Positions 1-11,579 are shown, counted from the first letter of the stretch. The stretch: 64,000 nt of DNA from Opitutia bacterium (GCA_050506795.1 JBJHCF010000028.1:1-64000), one strand, 5' to 3'. Made by a program: numbers and translations. Notes: generated by a model not told the origin, from the sequence alone.

Positions 1-41
1 ATACTGAAGTTATGTTTGGTCGGTTTTGGTTTTGTCATTAA

Positions 42-85
42 GGGGGATTCTTTGGTCGGAATCCCCCGCCGACCACACTTTTTTT
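42..85. terminator. Overlapping hairpins downstream of the RHS stop (possible bidirectional terminator)
   Basis: GGGGGATTC(42-50)/GAATCCCCC(59-67) stem; alternative TGGTCGG(53-59)/CCGACCA(69-75) stem followed by T7 (79-85) on the + strand. Confidence 0.4.
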
Positions 86-104
86 CCCGAATTACCGCGA
101 AAAC

Positions 105-3100
105 CTATGGGATGGCTGTGTCCTGGAATCTATCGATTATTCTTTCGGGATCCCTAAATAAGTCCTTCTGATCTTGGAGATAATCATCCCAACCGCAGCG
201 CAGTCGTTCAAGCCCATCATCCCACCATTCCTGCAACGGACTTTTTCCGTCTTCACCTGGTATTCGGTAAATGTCGCGCGCTTGAGGAGTACGATCGCTC
301 GCATTCATCGCATCCATATAGGCATTAAACTCCTCTAGCGTAACCAACCCAAGATAATCAAATCGATTTATTAAATCGTTCCACGAAGTCGCATGCAGGT
401 TCAACCCGCCCTGTTCCTCAATCGGATCCCTGTTCAGGAACCTCCCTTGTCCGGGACTGTAGAACCGAAAGCCGTAGTACAGCAACTCCGTATCCGAATC
501 CCAGTACTTCGTGCTGAATCGGAAAGAATTGATGTTGCGGTAGGACCCTGTTGTGCGGGTGAGGCTACCGAAGGGATCATACTCGTAATGCGCTTTAATG
601 GTGCCGTTGCTCCAATCGAGCGCCTGAACGACGTTACCGTTGGCGTCGTAGAAAAACACGTAATCGCCGGCTTCGCTTCCGGATATCTCTTCGACCGCAA
701 GCAATCCGCCAACGCCCCCTGCCGCCCTGCCCGGGCGATCGTTTCGCGGCAATCCGGTCGCCTGCTCGACGATGTCCAGGCCCCAGGTGAATTTTCGCAC
801 GATATTGTTCTGATCATCCAGCACCATCAGGAGGTTCCACTCGTCCCATACGTAACGCTCCCGCTTTACGAGGGTCGAGGGTTCTCCGTTCGATCCTTCC
901 CAGGTTGTTCGCTCAACCCGGCGGCCCATGTAGTCGTATCGGAAGGTAACGATCTCACTAATCGACGAGCCCCAATCATATTCGTAAAAAACCAACCGGT
1001 TCTCCGCATCCCATTTGTACGTTTTGGTATCGGATCCGTCGAGTATGGCGGTTAGGTTTCCGTCCTTGTCGTGAACCACATCCTCGCTTCCTATGTCGGT
1101 GTACTGATTGAGCTCGTTCGCCGTATAGCTCACGGGTGAGCCCGTTCCGGAAGTGTGACTTTCGCGGTTTCCTATCGCGTCAAAGTCGTACAGCCTCCTC
1201 TGGGGGGTGACCTCACTTCCGGGGCTCTGCGGATTGGTTCCCAGGAAACGCTTCGACTCAATGACTTCGCCCCGATCGTTGTAGGCGAAGACGTTATGGG
1301 CGTTTTGTGAAAATGCGCTTCCGGTGTTGACGACGTTTTCCCTTCGGCCGACGGCGTCGTATTCGTAGGCGTAATTGGAAATCGTAGTGGAGTGATGCTT
1401 GTTGTCAACCGTTTCGACGAGGTTGCGATCCGAAAGGTGCGTGTACGTCCTTGTGGCCGCACTCGTGGACGACGTCAGGTAATACACGGTCTCGACGTGA
1501 TTGCTGTCGGCGAGGTACGCGTAATGTGCGCCGAAGGAGGACAATCCCGGTCCGTAAACCGAGGACAGACGGCCTTGCGCGTTATAGTTCCAGGTCGCAT
1601 TGTAATTGGCGGTGGGATTGCCCGAGGTGCCTACCGAAACTCCTCCCGGTCTCCCCGGAACCTGCCCGCTTCCACCACCCTGGTGTTTCCGTGTAAATAG
1701 GAACGAATACAGTCCGCCGCCGCTGCCGTCGATATCCTCGGTCTCCAACTCCAATTCCGCAGTGTAGCCGAAGGTGCGGGTGCCGACAACATCGGTCACT
1801 TCGTGGGGCTGGCCGGTGCGGGTGTAGGTGTACTCGACGTCCGGCGTGTCGTCACTGTACTCGACTTTTTTCAGCTCGCCGCCCTCATCGTCCCAGTAGG
1901 TGTAGGTGGTTACGACGGGCGAGGCGCCGATCATTCGCGCCCAGGTGCGGGTGGCCACCTCGCCGGACGTGTAATAGGTGTAGGCGGTCTTTTCGCTGTC
2001 GGCGTACTCTTTCTCTTCAAGCAGTCCGGACCCCTCGTGGTAGTGCCATTTGGTGATATCGGCGTCGTTGCCGGAGACGTTCGGCCATGTGGAGCCGCCC
2101 CATCCGTGTTCGTCCCGGTAGGTGCGCTGCTCGGCAAGTTGACCGAAGTCATCGAAGATGTACAACACCGGATATTCCGCTTCACCCCAGACGTGGGTGT
2201 TTCTCCCGGCCGCATCGTAGGCGAAACGAGTAGTCTCGTTTTCCGGATTGGTGCGGCTCTGAAGCAGGCCGGCGTTTTCGTGCGGCGCGCTCCCATTGTC
2301 AGCCGGGTAGTAGGTGAAGGTTGTGATATTGCTGGCGGCGTCCTTCTGCTCGACCACCCGGTTGCTGGTCCAAGTCAGGCTGTCGGCCTGCCAGGTTTCG
2401 TAAGTCGTCTCGGCCTGCCCCGTTCGGGGATCGGTAACCCCGACCTCACGCCCCAGCGCGTCGTACTGGAAGGTGGTCTCTGCGTTAAAGGTCGTACCGC
2501 GCACCGACTGGAGTAGGCCGTTGCGAACAATTCGGATCTGGTCGAGGTTCGAGCCAGGCACATTGACGGTCTCGGTGAGGAGACCAGCGCTCCGGTCGAT
2601 CTCGCGTGTGGTGATGGTCTCGTTACCGTGTGGGTCTTCGACGATCCTCCGGGAAACGACATCGCCGGAGAAACCGGTTAATTGTTGTTTGTTAACCTGC
2701 AATTCCACGGTGGCACTGCTGTTGGGCTGGTGATACGCCCTGGTAGTTTCCACCCGGAACCAGGATCCCCCGGAATTTCCGTATTCGACCTCGGTTTCTG
2801 TGATCCGGTCGTTCGAGCCTAGGTCGAGCGAACCGGTGTTGCCGATGTCGAGCCCGGTACGGAACAGCCGGGCAAGACCGTCGTAATCGAACAGCGTGTC
2901 GGCGCGGCCGGGCTTGGTGATTTTTTCGAGGAGGCCGGTTCCCCCCGCCCCATCGTCATAAAAATACTCGGTGACCTTCGTCCCGGTAAAGCTCGGGGAC
3001 TCTTCTTTGACCGTCCGACGGGCGGCGTCGGTGGTGATGCGCGTCCACCGGTCGGATGTTAGAGAACCGAAGGTAATTTCGGTGACCTTTGTTCCATTGC

Positions 3101-5486
3101 TCTCGACCGAGTAGTCGAAGTACTGGTTCACCACCGCCGCTCCCGTAATCGACTTGAGCCGTCCGTCCCGGTAAAAAACGGTGGTCACCTGACTTCCGTT
3201 GGGAAGGGTGCGCACGCGTTCCCTTCCGCCGAGGTTGTATACGGTTGTGGTCGAAAGCCCGTCGGGCCCACGCCGCTCGACTTCCCGCCCGGCCTTATCA
3301 TTGCGCACGAAAAGTTCCTGATTGAGCCCGTCTGCACTGATGATCCGGCTGTCGGCGTTGCAGGTGCCACACCCTCCCCCTCCTTCGGCGGTGTCATAGA
3401 CGTGGGTGGTCACGATGTCCGGTTGAGCTGGATAACTCCCCTGCGCGGAGACACCCTCGCGGGTCCCGGTTTTGACTCGATCGAGTGCGTCGTATGTGAA
3501 CGTTGTTTTGACTCCGACTTCATCGGTCACGGAGTCCTTCAATCCCTCGATCCAAACCGCGTCATATGTCACGCGCCCGTCCCTTTTGATTTCAGTCAGT
3601 TCGCTCCAGGCGTTGAACGTCCGCTCGATGGTTTCGATGCTCTCAAAGCTGCTTCCCCCGGTGAAGACGTCCGTTTCGGTGACAATCTCGTAGCCGCGAT
3701 CATCGATGATGCTCACCCGACGGGTTGTCTTGTTAGAAAGGCCAAACTGGGAATCGGTGCTCCCGTGAAACACAATCCGGCGTAGGTTGTCCTGGCCGTC
3801 AAGTGCGTACGAGTAATCGTCGAGGCGGCCGTCCGGGTACTCGATAGATTTGAGACGTCCGGCCGACAGGCTCCCGGCGGTGGCCGAGTAATACGTACGC
3901 ACGGTCTTGAGATTGGATGAATCTCCATAGTTGGCGTTCGGGTTGACACACACCTCGACGGTCGCAACGTATTCACCTCCTACAAACTCATACCGGTAGT
4001 GCGTCCTACCCACTGTGACGGTCTGGCTGCCGTCGTTGACGATTTCGATGCGTTCCTCGGGCCGGCGCTCGTAGCTACCCGCAGTGACGTTCGGGTACAC
4101 GAAGACGGTCTCCTGGTAGGTGGCTGGGTTGGTGCTGAACGCCTGGTCCTTCCACGGACGCTTGATGCTTACCAGGCGTCCCTCGGAGTCGTAATCATAG
4201 AGCTCCCAACTGTCGTCGGGATTCTTCCGCCACCGCATGCGCCCGTAGCGCCCCTGCTGACTGGCGTTCGTGTAATAAGCAAATTCCGTCACCAGATCGA
4301 GACCGCCGGGATCGATGGTTTCCTTGGTGACCTCGTATCCCCAATTATACCAGGTGAAAAACTCCTCCTTCTTCGAGACGGTCTGGTACCCGTCCTCCGG
4401 GGTGTAAATCTCCACTTCCTGGGTGTACACGCGGTTCGGCTCGATCATCTGGTAAGAGCGCATATCGGTCCGGACCACATCGAACTCGTCGCCCTGGATC
4501 ATGGTCCACTGGTCGGCGCCATGGTCGTACTCGTACTCGGTACGAAAATCCCGCTGCCCGATGGTGCGCGTCACCCAGAGCCGGTCGAACTGGGTGGGCG
4601 AAGCGTCGGGATTTTCAATCGTCCAGCGGGTGTGCCAATTATTCGGGTCAGGCAGGAACAGGCCGGTGCCCTGATTGAATGTTCCGGAAAGGTGCGGTTC
4701 GTAGACCTTGATTTCGTACTTGTACGGACCGTCGGTGACAATATCGACGAAATTGCGGGCAGTCTTAATCTGGCGGAGATTATCGCCGTCGCGAATGATG
4801 GTAACCCCCACGCTGTCGTATCCGCTCGCTGTGGGATCGGTCGGCTCGATCTCCCGCCCGGTCTCGGTAACGTAGGCGAGCGCTTCGTAGGAAGAAGCGC
4901 CGAAACGCACGAACCGTCCGTCTCCCAAGTGCTGCTCGTAGTAGGTGGGATTGCTCGTGACCGGGTCTCCCTGGGCATTTGTCATGCGAAGTCGCTCCTT
5001 GCGCTGCGCACCACTCTTAAATTCCGCTGTATGGATCGGATAGCCCCACGACTCGCCCTGCTCGAAGTCGAAGGCGAGCACCTTTCGGTTCGGCCGCCGG
5101 ATGCGAACCCGCCGGTCGACGCCCTGCGGCAGCCCGCTCGTCAGGACGCTCAATATTTCAGTGTCGAGCGGAAAACTGTAAAGGAGGGTTGCCGGGGTGG
5201 AGAGAGCCGAAGAAGGGCTTTCTTCAAAAATCCGTAGCACTCCGCGGGTCAGATTGCCCTCGTGCCGGGCCGCTCCAATGTGGATATTCACTGAGACGCA
5301 TTCGTTACCAGCGCCGCCGCCAAAGACTTCACGAAATGCAATGCAATCGTCATCGTCCGGCGGGTCCTTGGTGTCGTCGTCGAACCAAGGGTTGACCGAA
5401 TGCGAGCCCACGAGCACGGAAAAGAAGAAGCACAGCCCAAGCAAGAGGAGCAGGTGGTGGAAGAGAGTCGGTTTTTTCGCAATCAT
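105..5486 (-). CDS. RHS/YD-repeat protein with N-terminal signal peptide and short (79 aa) C-terminal extension
   Basis: Many YD repeats; RHS core FSTKYWDSDTELLYYGFRFYSPGQGRFLNRDPIEEQGGLNL...NRFDYLGL; hydrophobic N-terminus (LLLLLGLCFFFSVLVG); sequence becomes AT-richer after the core. Confidence 0.95.
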   Translation of the reverse strand: MIAKKPTLFHHLLLLLGLCFFFSVLVGSHSVNPWFDDDTKDPPDDDDCIAFREVFGGGAGNECVSVNIHIGAARHEGNLTRGVLRIFEESPSSALSTPATLLYSFPLDTEILSVLTSGLPQGVDRRVRIRRPNRKVLAFDFEQGESWGYPIHTAEFKSGAQRKERLRMTNAQGDPVTSNPTYYEQHLGDGRFVRFGASSYEALAYVTETGREIEPTDPTASGYDSVGVTIIRDGDNLRQIKTARNFVDIVTDGPYKYEIKVYEPHLSGTFNQGTGLFLPDPNNWHTRWTIENPDASPTQFDRLWVTRTIGQRDFRTEYEYDHGADQWTMIQGDEFDVVRTDMRSYQMIEPNRVYTQEVEIYTPEDGYQTVSKKEEFFTWYNWGYEVTKETIDPGGLDLVTEFAYYTNASQQGRYGRMRWRKNPDDSWELYDYDSEGRLVSIKRPWKDQAFSTNPATYQETVFVYPNVTAGSYERRPEERIEIVNDGSQTVTVGRTHYRYEFVGGEYVATVEVCVNPNANYGDSSNLKTVRTYYSATAGSLSAGRLKSIEYPDGRLDDYSYALDGQDNLRRIVFHGSTDSQFGLSNKTTRRVSIIDDRGYEIVTETDVFTGGSSFESIETIERTFNAWSELTEIKRDGRVTYDAVWIEGLKDSVTDEVGVKTTFTYDALDRVKTGTREGVSAQGSYPAQPDIVTTHVYDTAEGGGGCGTCNADSRIISADGLNQELFVRNDKAGREVERRGPDGLSTTTVYNLGGRERVRTLPNGSQVTTVFYRDGRLKSITGAAVVNQYFDYSVESNGTKVTEITFGSLTSDRWTRITTDAARRTVKEESPSFTGTKVTEYFYDDGAGGTGLLEKITKPGRADTLFDYDGLARLFRTGLDIGNTGSLDLGSNDRITETEVEYGNSGGSWFRVETTRAYHQPNSSATVELQVNKQQLTGFSGDVVSRRIVEDPHGNETITTREIDRSAGLLTETVNVPGSNLDQIRIVRNGLLQSVRGTTFNAETTFQYDALGREVGVTDPRTGQAETTYETWQADSLTWTSNRVVEQKDAASNITTFTYYPADNGSAPHENAGLLQSRTNPENETTRFAYDAAGRNTHVWGEAEYPVLYIFDDFGQLAEQRTYRDEHGWGGSTWPNVSGNDADITKWHYHEGSGLLEEKEYADSEKTAYTYYTSGEVATRTWARMIGASPVVTTYTYWDDEGGELKKVEYSDDTPDVEYTYTRTGQPHEVTDVVGTRTFGYTAELELETEDIDGSGGGLYSFLFTRKHQGGGSGQVPGRPGGVSVGTSGNPTANYNATWNYNAQGRLSSVYGPGLSSFGAHYAYLADSNHVETVYYLTSSTSAATRTYTHLSDRNLVETVDNKHHSTTISNYAYEYDAVGRRENVVNTGSAFSQNAHNVFAYNDRGEVIESKRFLGTNPQSPGSEVTPQRRLYDFDAIGNRESHTSGTGSPVSYTANELNQYTDIGSEDVVHDKDGNLTAILDGSDTKTYKWDAENRLVFYEYDWGSSISEIVTFRYDYMGRRVERTTWEGSNGEPSTLVKRERYVWDEWNLLMVLDDQNNIVRKFTWGLDIVEQATGLPRNDRPGRAAGGVGGLLAVEEISGSEAGDYVFFYDANGNVVQALDWSNGTIKAHYEYDPFGSLTRTTGSYRNINSFRFSTKYWDSDTELLYYGFRFYSPGQGRFLNRDPIEEQGGLNLHATSWNDLINRFDYLGLVTLEEFNAYMDAMNASDRTPQARDIYRIPGEDGKSPLQEWWDDGLERLRCGWDDYLQDQKDLFRDPERIIDRFQDTAIP

Positions 5487-5535
5487 TGGATGGGTTATCT
5501 AAAGTAAAAGGGTGAGGTCAATTTAGCGGCGGCAC

Positions 5536-8500
5536 TCAATTGAGGCGGACACCGTCCTGTTCGAAGCTGATGCTGTGGCAGGCGGCGCCGTCGATGCCGG
5601 GTCCGACGAGGATGCGGTAGCGGTAGAGGCCGTTTTCGTCGAAGTCCTCGGCCGTTACCACACGGGTGACCGTACCGTCATCGAAAATAGCTCCGGCACG
5701 AACGACCTCAATACGCACTTCGAGACCTTCGGGGACTTCGCTCAATGAAATCGTCCCTTCGACCAGACGGCTACCGTCACTGAACGTCTGAATCGTGCTC
5801 ATTGTCGTGCGGCGGAAGCTGTCATTGCGGAACGGGCTGACAATCACCGCATCCAGGACGGGCCCCTCCCCCCCCTAGACGCGCGAGCACGCGGCCCTCC
5901 CGCAGGGACAGTGCCCCAATGACGAACTCGCGCGACGAATCTCCGGGAACGCTCTCCTCCCGGAGTGTAAGGTGATGATCGTATTCGACGGTTGCTTCGG
6001 CCGGGAGTCCGGGAACCCTCCACTCGCGCGGGTTTCCGATCATGGCGACCGGTGGAGCCCCGAAAGTGGCCGCAACAACGCGCACTAGAATTTCTCCGGT
6101 GTACTCGCCTTCGTCGCCGGCCTCGGCCGCAACGACGTACTCGCCCACTTCTTCGAAATTGTGAACGACCGGGACCGAAACGAAGGTGTCGTAATATTCC
6201 GCATCGTCGAGATCTTTGAGGTCAGCCACGACAATCGACACTGCCACATCGGCGTCATCGCCCGGATCGGCCGTCAGGCGGAGGGCCTCGCCCACGCGAA
6301 GCAGAACCTCGTTGTCCTCACGCTCTTCCAACAGATTAAACGCCTCCCATGTGACCTCCTTTTCGTACATCCAGACACCACCCTGCTCGGCCACACGAAC
6401 AATCGTCGGACCGTTTTCATCCAGGGGAACGTCCGCGTACCAAAACCCGGTCAGTCCCCGCTCGATCAAGATCCCGCCTTCACCCCCATCGCCCGAATTG
6501 GAGGCCGCCATGCGCACGGCATCCTCCCCTTCCCCAGCGAACGCCTCGACAAGGAGGAGATCGGGGAAAACGCTGCGCCCCTCGGCGAAGAACGGGGAGA
6601 CGTAGGTGGTGTGGGGATATTCGTTGAAAGCCGTGTGGCGGTCGAAGTGATCCTCGATCCAGTCGGCGATTCCAGAACCGTTCCGGTCGGTTCCTCCAAG
6701 CGCCTGGAGCCGCAGGCCGAAAATCTGAAGCTGGGTGTTGTCGGCGCCGTTGATCCATTCGACCCGGACCGTGTAACTCCCCGCGGGCAGCCAAGGCAGG
6801 AAGACGTACCCCTTCCCCGAAGACCCCAGTGGCGCCCGTAGCCGGGGACGGCCTACCTCCATGCCGTCGATCGAGACCGCCAGGTCGAACGAATCGTACG
6901 CCGAGTGGCGATTGTATTGGCGCCCCTCGATCTCAAGGCGGAACAACCCCTCTTCGGGCAGGGTGATCACGTAATCAACGCTTCCCCGGGTGCTGAGCGC
7001 ATAAATGGAGTTTCCATCGACGCGCCAGGTCCCTGTCTGCCCCACGATCCCTGCACCCGCGACAGAAGAAAGCGTGCTCACCTCACCCATCGACGGATCC
7101 CAAAGCGGCGCCGGATATGGATCGGCGCCGACATAGGTATCGTCCGCCGTTGAAGGATCAAACACCTCCAACGACACATCCGTAAACTCGGCGACAACCG
7201 GCCGTCCCTGCATTCGCGAGGCGGTGGCCAGTCCGACGTACACCTCCTCGCCAAACACTATCGCCCGCTCGCCCACCCGAAGCCAGTGCTCGCCGTCGCG
7301 CGAGATCGACTGGATCACTCGGTTTCCGTAACGCTCCAGCTTAAGCCACGTGTCGGGGACGTGCGTCAGGGAACGATGATGGTGAAGCACGGCGTTTCCG
7401 TCGCTGGTCCGGTCGATCGTTGAAATATAGCCGCCCCGCCAGACCATAAGACTCGCCATGGCCCCATCGGACGCAAGTGATGAGCGCACGGTGATTCCGG
7501 CCTCCGTGCGCGGCGCCCGCACTTCCAGGTCGTGCAACCGACGGGCCGAAAGGAAATCCCCCCGCTCCGGACGGTACACCTCGAAGGCATTGAGGCGCGC
7601 GACGAAAACGAAATCGCCCTGCACCGCCCGGTGCACGAAGGCAAACTCATCCCCGCTCTCAGGATCCGGGCGTCCGGATTCGGTGACGCGGAAGCCGTCT
7701 TGGGTCTGGAGCGCCCCGATCGAGCGGACCGGATCGCCCCCGATCCCCCTCGGTTCCCACGGCGCCTGCAAGGCGGGCGCCTGCACGCGCGGATCCACCC
7801 CGAGAAGGTAGGCGAGCAGGTTGCTGTTTCCATCTCCGCTTTCGTCCCTCGACGCCGTGCCAGGATCCAGGGGATCGAGACCATGTGCGACCAGCCACCA
7901 GTCCGGCAGCCCGTCGCCAGAGGTGTCGGTGCGGTAAACATCCAACCCGAGCGCCCGCTTCTCGTCGTTTGTCATGCCATCGCCGGAAAAGTCCATCCCC
8001 GGCGGCTCCTCAAGCGAAACGGTCAAGCCCTCCATCGCCGCCCCCTCGCTCATCGCAAGCCGGGTCAGCGTCCGAAGGTCCCGGTCCCGGAACCCCAGAT
8101 CGCGCAGGCGTAACACCCCGTCCACACAGAGCGACCAGCGCCCGGTCTCGTAATCCAGGAAAAGATCGATATCGACCCCGACCGCGCCCTCGGCCAACCG
8201 GTAGCCGCTGTTCACCCAGCGCCGGTACGCGCCGTCGTAGCCGACGACAAAGCCGTACGGATCGACGGCGACCAGGACGGCGCGCGACCCTTCGATCGCG
8301 GATACATCCGGCAACAGCCCACGATTTCCGCTCAGCCGCCCGCTCACCCAAAGCCGCGTCTGGCCGCCAGTGCCGACAAAGACCTCGCCATACCCCTCGA
8401 AACCCGGCACTCCCCCCTCGAAACCCGCGGCGGGGCGCAGAAGCTCATCGTAGGCGGCGGGATCGAGGCCCCAGAAGAGCTTGTCGGCGTCCGACATCCC

Positions 8501-10387
8501 GTCTCCGGAACTGTCGCGGTCGCTTCCGAACACCACCTCGTCACCGAGTCCGTATGGCCTCGATGTCCCGATGTAAACGTCGTCCAGACTCCCCTGCGCG
8601 TCGGTCTGCCTCAGGGCGAAATGCCTGAGACTCGCGCGCTCCGAGGCGAACCCAAGGTCATCGGCGACCTTCGCGCCATTGAGCCAAAGACTCCAGGTCT
8701 GGCTGGAAAAGTCCTGGCGAACGGTAACGCGGACCCAGGAATCCCCGCTCGTCACCGAACGGCCTACAGTGGAAGCGGGGACCGAGAATGTGATCCATTC
8801 GCCACCGGCGCCGTCCCAGGCGACCGCGCGGCCGCGAAGGTCGAAATACAGCGCGACAGCGGTATCTTCGGCGACTTCAGGCGGCGTGTCGCTCGTGTGC
8901 CGCCTCGGGCGCAAGTGGAAGTCCGTCCACACCACTTCCGCCCCCTCGCCCTGAACATCGATATCGACATCGACAGGGCCGTCCGCGGCGTCGAGGCGCA
9001 GGATCCGCGTCCCACGCACGCCCGCTTCGGCCTCGACCTCCGCCTGCCCGAGACCGTATACGCGCCAGCCGCCGCGCGCGTCGATATCGCCGAGCGGCCA
9101 CGATTCAAAGTCGTCGGTAAAGGGTAGTCGCACGCGAAAACGGTTGCCGGGCACGATCGGATTGACGCCCAAATCCACAGCCTCCCCGTCGCCGAGGCCG
9201 TCCCACGACGTATCCGCAATGACGGGGTTGGTCCCGAGGAAGTACTCCTCGAGATTTGTCAGGCCGTCCCCATCGGGATCCTCGTCACGAATGTCCCGGT
9301 CGGTATCAAGGCCAAATTGATCCTTCCATGAATTGTCGATTCCATCGACCGAATCGAAGAGGGGGTTTTCGGCGCCGGCGTAAAAGGCGTCAATGTAGAC
9401 GGACCTTTCCTGGTGCCCATGCAAAACAACCCGCGTGAACCGCACCACATCCCCTGCCATCGGAAGGTTCACCGCAACTAGATCCCCATCCAGGTAAAGG
9501 TCCCACGTCCCTCGCCCGTAATCGAGGCGCGCGGTCACACTCATGTACCCCACCATGGCTCCAGAGCTATCGAGGCCAACGAAAGCCCCGGATACTCGCT
9601 GCCATCCTTCTCCGTCAAAGAAGTAGAAAACCCCAAGCCCTTCGGACTCCTTCACCAGGGTCAGGAAAAAAGACGCCCCATTGAGGTCCTCGGGGGGCGA
9701 TACCGGTAACGGTCCCGCAGCGCCTTTCGTGTAATAATCGACATACACCACCTCGGAATCGGCGAACCGCTCGAAATCGCGCACGACGATCCCGGGAACG
9801 CCGGAAGGAACGATCTCGAGGGCCTGCTCGCCAACGACAACGTCGCCGGGGTCATCGACCACATACGCGTCCCCCCGCTCCACGTACCACCCGTTCTGCC
9901 CGTCGAGCGGACCGGGGAAGAAACCCTCCTCCAACTCGAAATTGGCGATGTAATGTGGGATCGGCTCGGCTTGGAGTGAGACTGGGAGGAGGAGGAAGAG
10001 GGTGAGGTGGAAGAGTGGAGTGGGAGAAAGGGCGAACCGGCGAGTTGGCGAGACGATGGAGCGTTTTTTGGGGGTCGGGGGACGCGGGGCAAGGAACGTG
10101 GGGCGTGACACCCGCGTTGCCGGACAGCGCTTGGTATGAAGGGTTCGGGTGACAGACCGATCGTTTCCGGAAAACTCCCTGGGTCGAATCGCGCTCGTTA
10201 CCGTTGGGCGTACGGGGCGAGCCGGTGTGGTGACGGCTTGGGTGATATTAGTTTTCGGCGGGTTCCGGACGACCGAACGGGTCATCGAGCGAAGCCTCGA
10301 TGCTACGGAAGCAATGGAGCTCCCGCTCGTTTCCGAGCGGCCTACATTGCTGAGAAGGGAAGTCTTGGGGTGCATCGGATTTTTCAT
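5536..10387 (-). CDS. Large secreted multidomain protein (LamG-like jelly-rolls, TSP3-like DxxGDG repeats, DUF1349-like and CBM-like domains), split by a frameshift at G8 5868-5875
   Basis: ORF 5822-10600 joins ORF 5536-5847 if one G is removed (RLGGEGPVLDAVIVSPF...), giving ~1616 aa. ATG 10387 lies 25 bp after the upstream stop; signal-peptide-like LFHLTLFLLLPVSLQA-EP follows a long basic leader, so the true start is uncertain. Confidence 0.8.
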
Positions 10388-10412
10388 GACGTCGGACCGG
10401 CTGATGGCTTGA

Positions 10413-11273
10413 TTAGTCCAATTGGGACAGCTCCAGAAGTGTTCCCTGGCCGGTGGTGGTGTGTTCCGGATAGACGCCCAGAAATTCCGACGGATCCAGG
10501 ACGGCGCTGGAAATGCGGACCTCGTCCACCGTGGCGTCAAGGAAGTCCGCATTTCTGCCGTTCCACATCGACCGGCCGATCGTCCATGGCGTCTCTTCAA
10601 CAGGGAACATCCCGTTCACCGAAACCGATCCTTCCAAGGTGTACTCCGAGGCGCCTGGCCGCTTCAGCCAGAGGGAAATCTCACTGCCGGTTGCCGTCGC
10701 GGCGGCGCTGTACCAGACGCCGGCCTGCAGCGTTTCCTCGGTTTGGACGTAGAGTAATTCGTTCGTGGAGTCCACCATCATAAACTCCAACCGGCCGCTG
10801 CTCGTGAGCTTCAGGGCAATCGGGGGCGCCCCTTCTGCCATATGCCCGTCCTTCCCTACGATCACCTGAAACCTCCCGACATCGTTGAGCTTGAATGAGG
10901 CCTCAACTGTAATCGCTTGAAACTCGCGGGTGTTGATGGGTTTTTCGAACGTGTACAGATCACGGTTCCCGTTTGCGAAACTCAATGCAAGATCGTTGAC
11001 GTCCCCGGTCGCGGGCACCACGTGAAACGGAGTGGCCGCCGTGTAGGTGGGCGTGGTGTAATCCGCCCAGGTGCGCAGGTGGTTCTCGTTGCCCGAGGCG
11101 TCCCAGACCGCATCGATCTGGGGATAATCCACCGACGATCCCTCCGGCCCCTCCTCGAAGCGCCAGTGGGCGACGGTGCTCGCGGAAGCGGAATACAGGA
11201 CGAAAACAAAAGTGACCAAAAGCAGCGCACACAGAGGTCTCGCAACAGGTTGAGAATGGTTTGTTGGCTTCAT
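10413..11273 (-). CDS. Secreted LamG-like (concanavalin A-fold) protein
   Basis: Signal peptide ending ASA; VAHWRFEEG, DASGNENHL, TVEASFK, WYSAAAT, WTIGR...FLDATVDEVRISSAVL. Confidence 0.85.
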   Translation of the reverse strand: MKPTNHSQPVARPLCALLLVTFVFVLYSASASTVAHWRFEEGPEGSSVDYPQIDAVWDASGNENHLRTWADYTTPTYTAATPFHVVPATGDVNDLALSFANGNRDLYTFEKPINTREFQAITVEASFKLNDVGRFQVIVGKDGHMAEGAPPIALKLTSSGRLEFMMVDSTNELLYVQTEETLQAGVWYSAAATATGSEISLWLKRPGASEYTLEGSVSVNGMFPVEETPWTIGRSMWNGRNADFLDATVDEVRISSAVLDPSEFLGVYPEHTTTGQGTLLELSQLD

Positions 11274-11579
11274 TGTTGGGATTGGTGGTTGTTGAATCAG
11301 ACAGGATAAGGTTCGTAGGGGGAATGATGACTCGTTCTTTTCTGCGATGATTTTGGCGACAACCGCCACTGAGTTTGGGCACTACGCACACGTGCATACA
11401 TGAGGGAAGATCGTCACCACACACTCGAATTCAACGATCTAGATCGAGCCTGCCGCATGACACAAAAATACAATCGCCTCAGGGTGGTGTTGTCTGCATT
11501 TGGGTAATTTCTTATTTCGGTTATTTCGTCAGGAAAATATGAAACTAAGGACAGCACCGGCCCTTTTCCTTAAAGCGAT

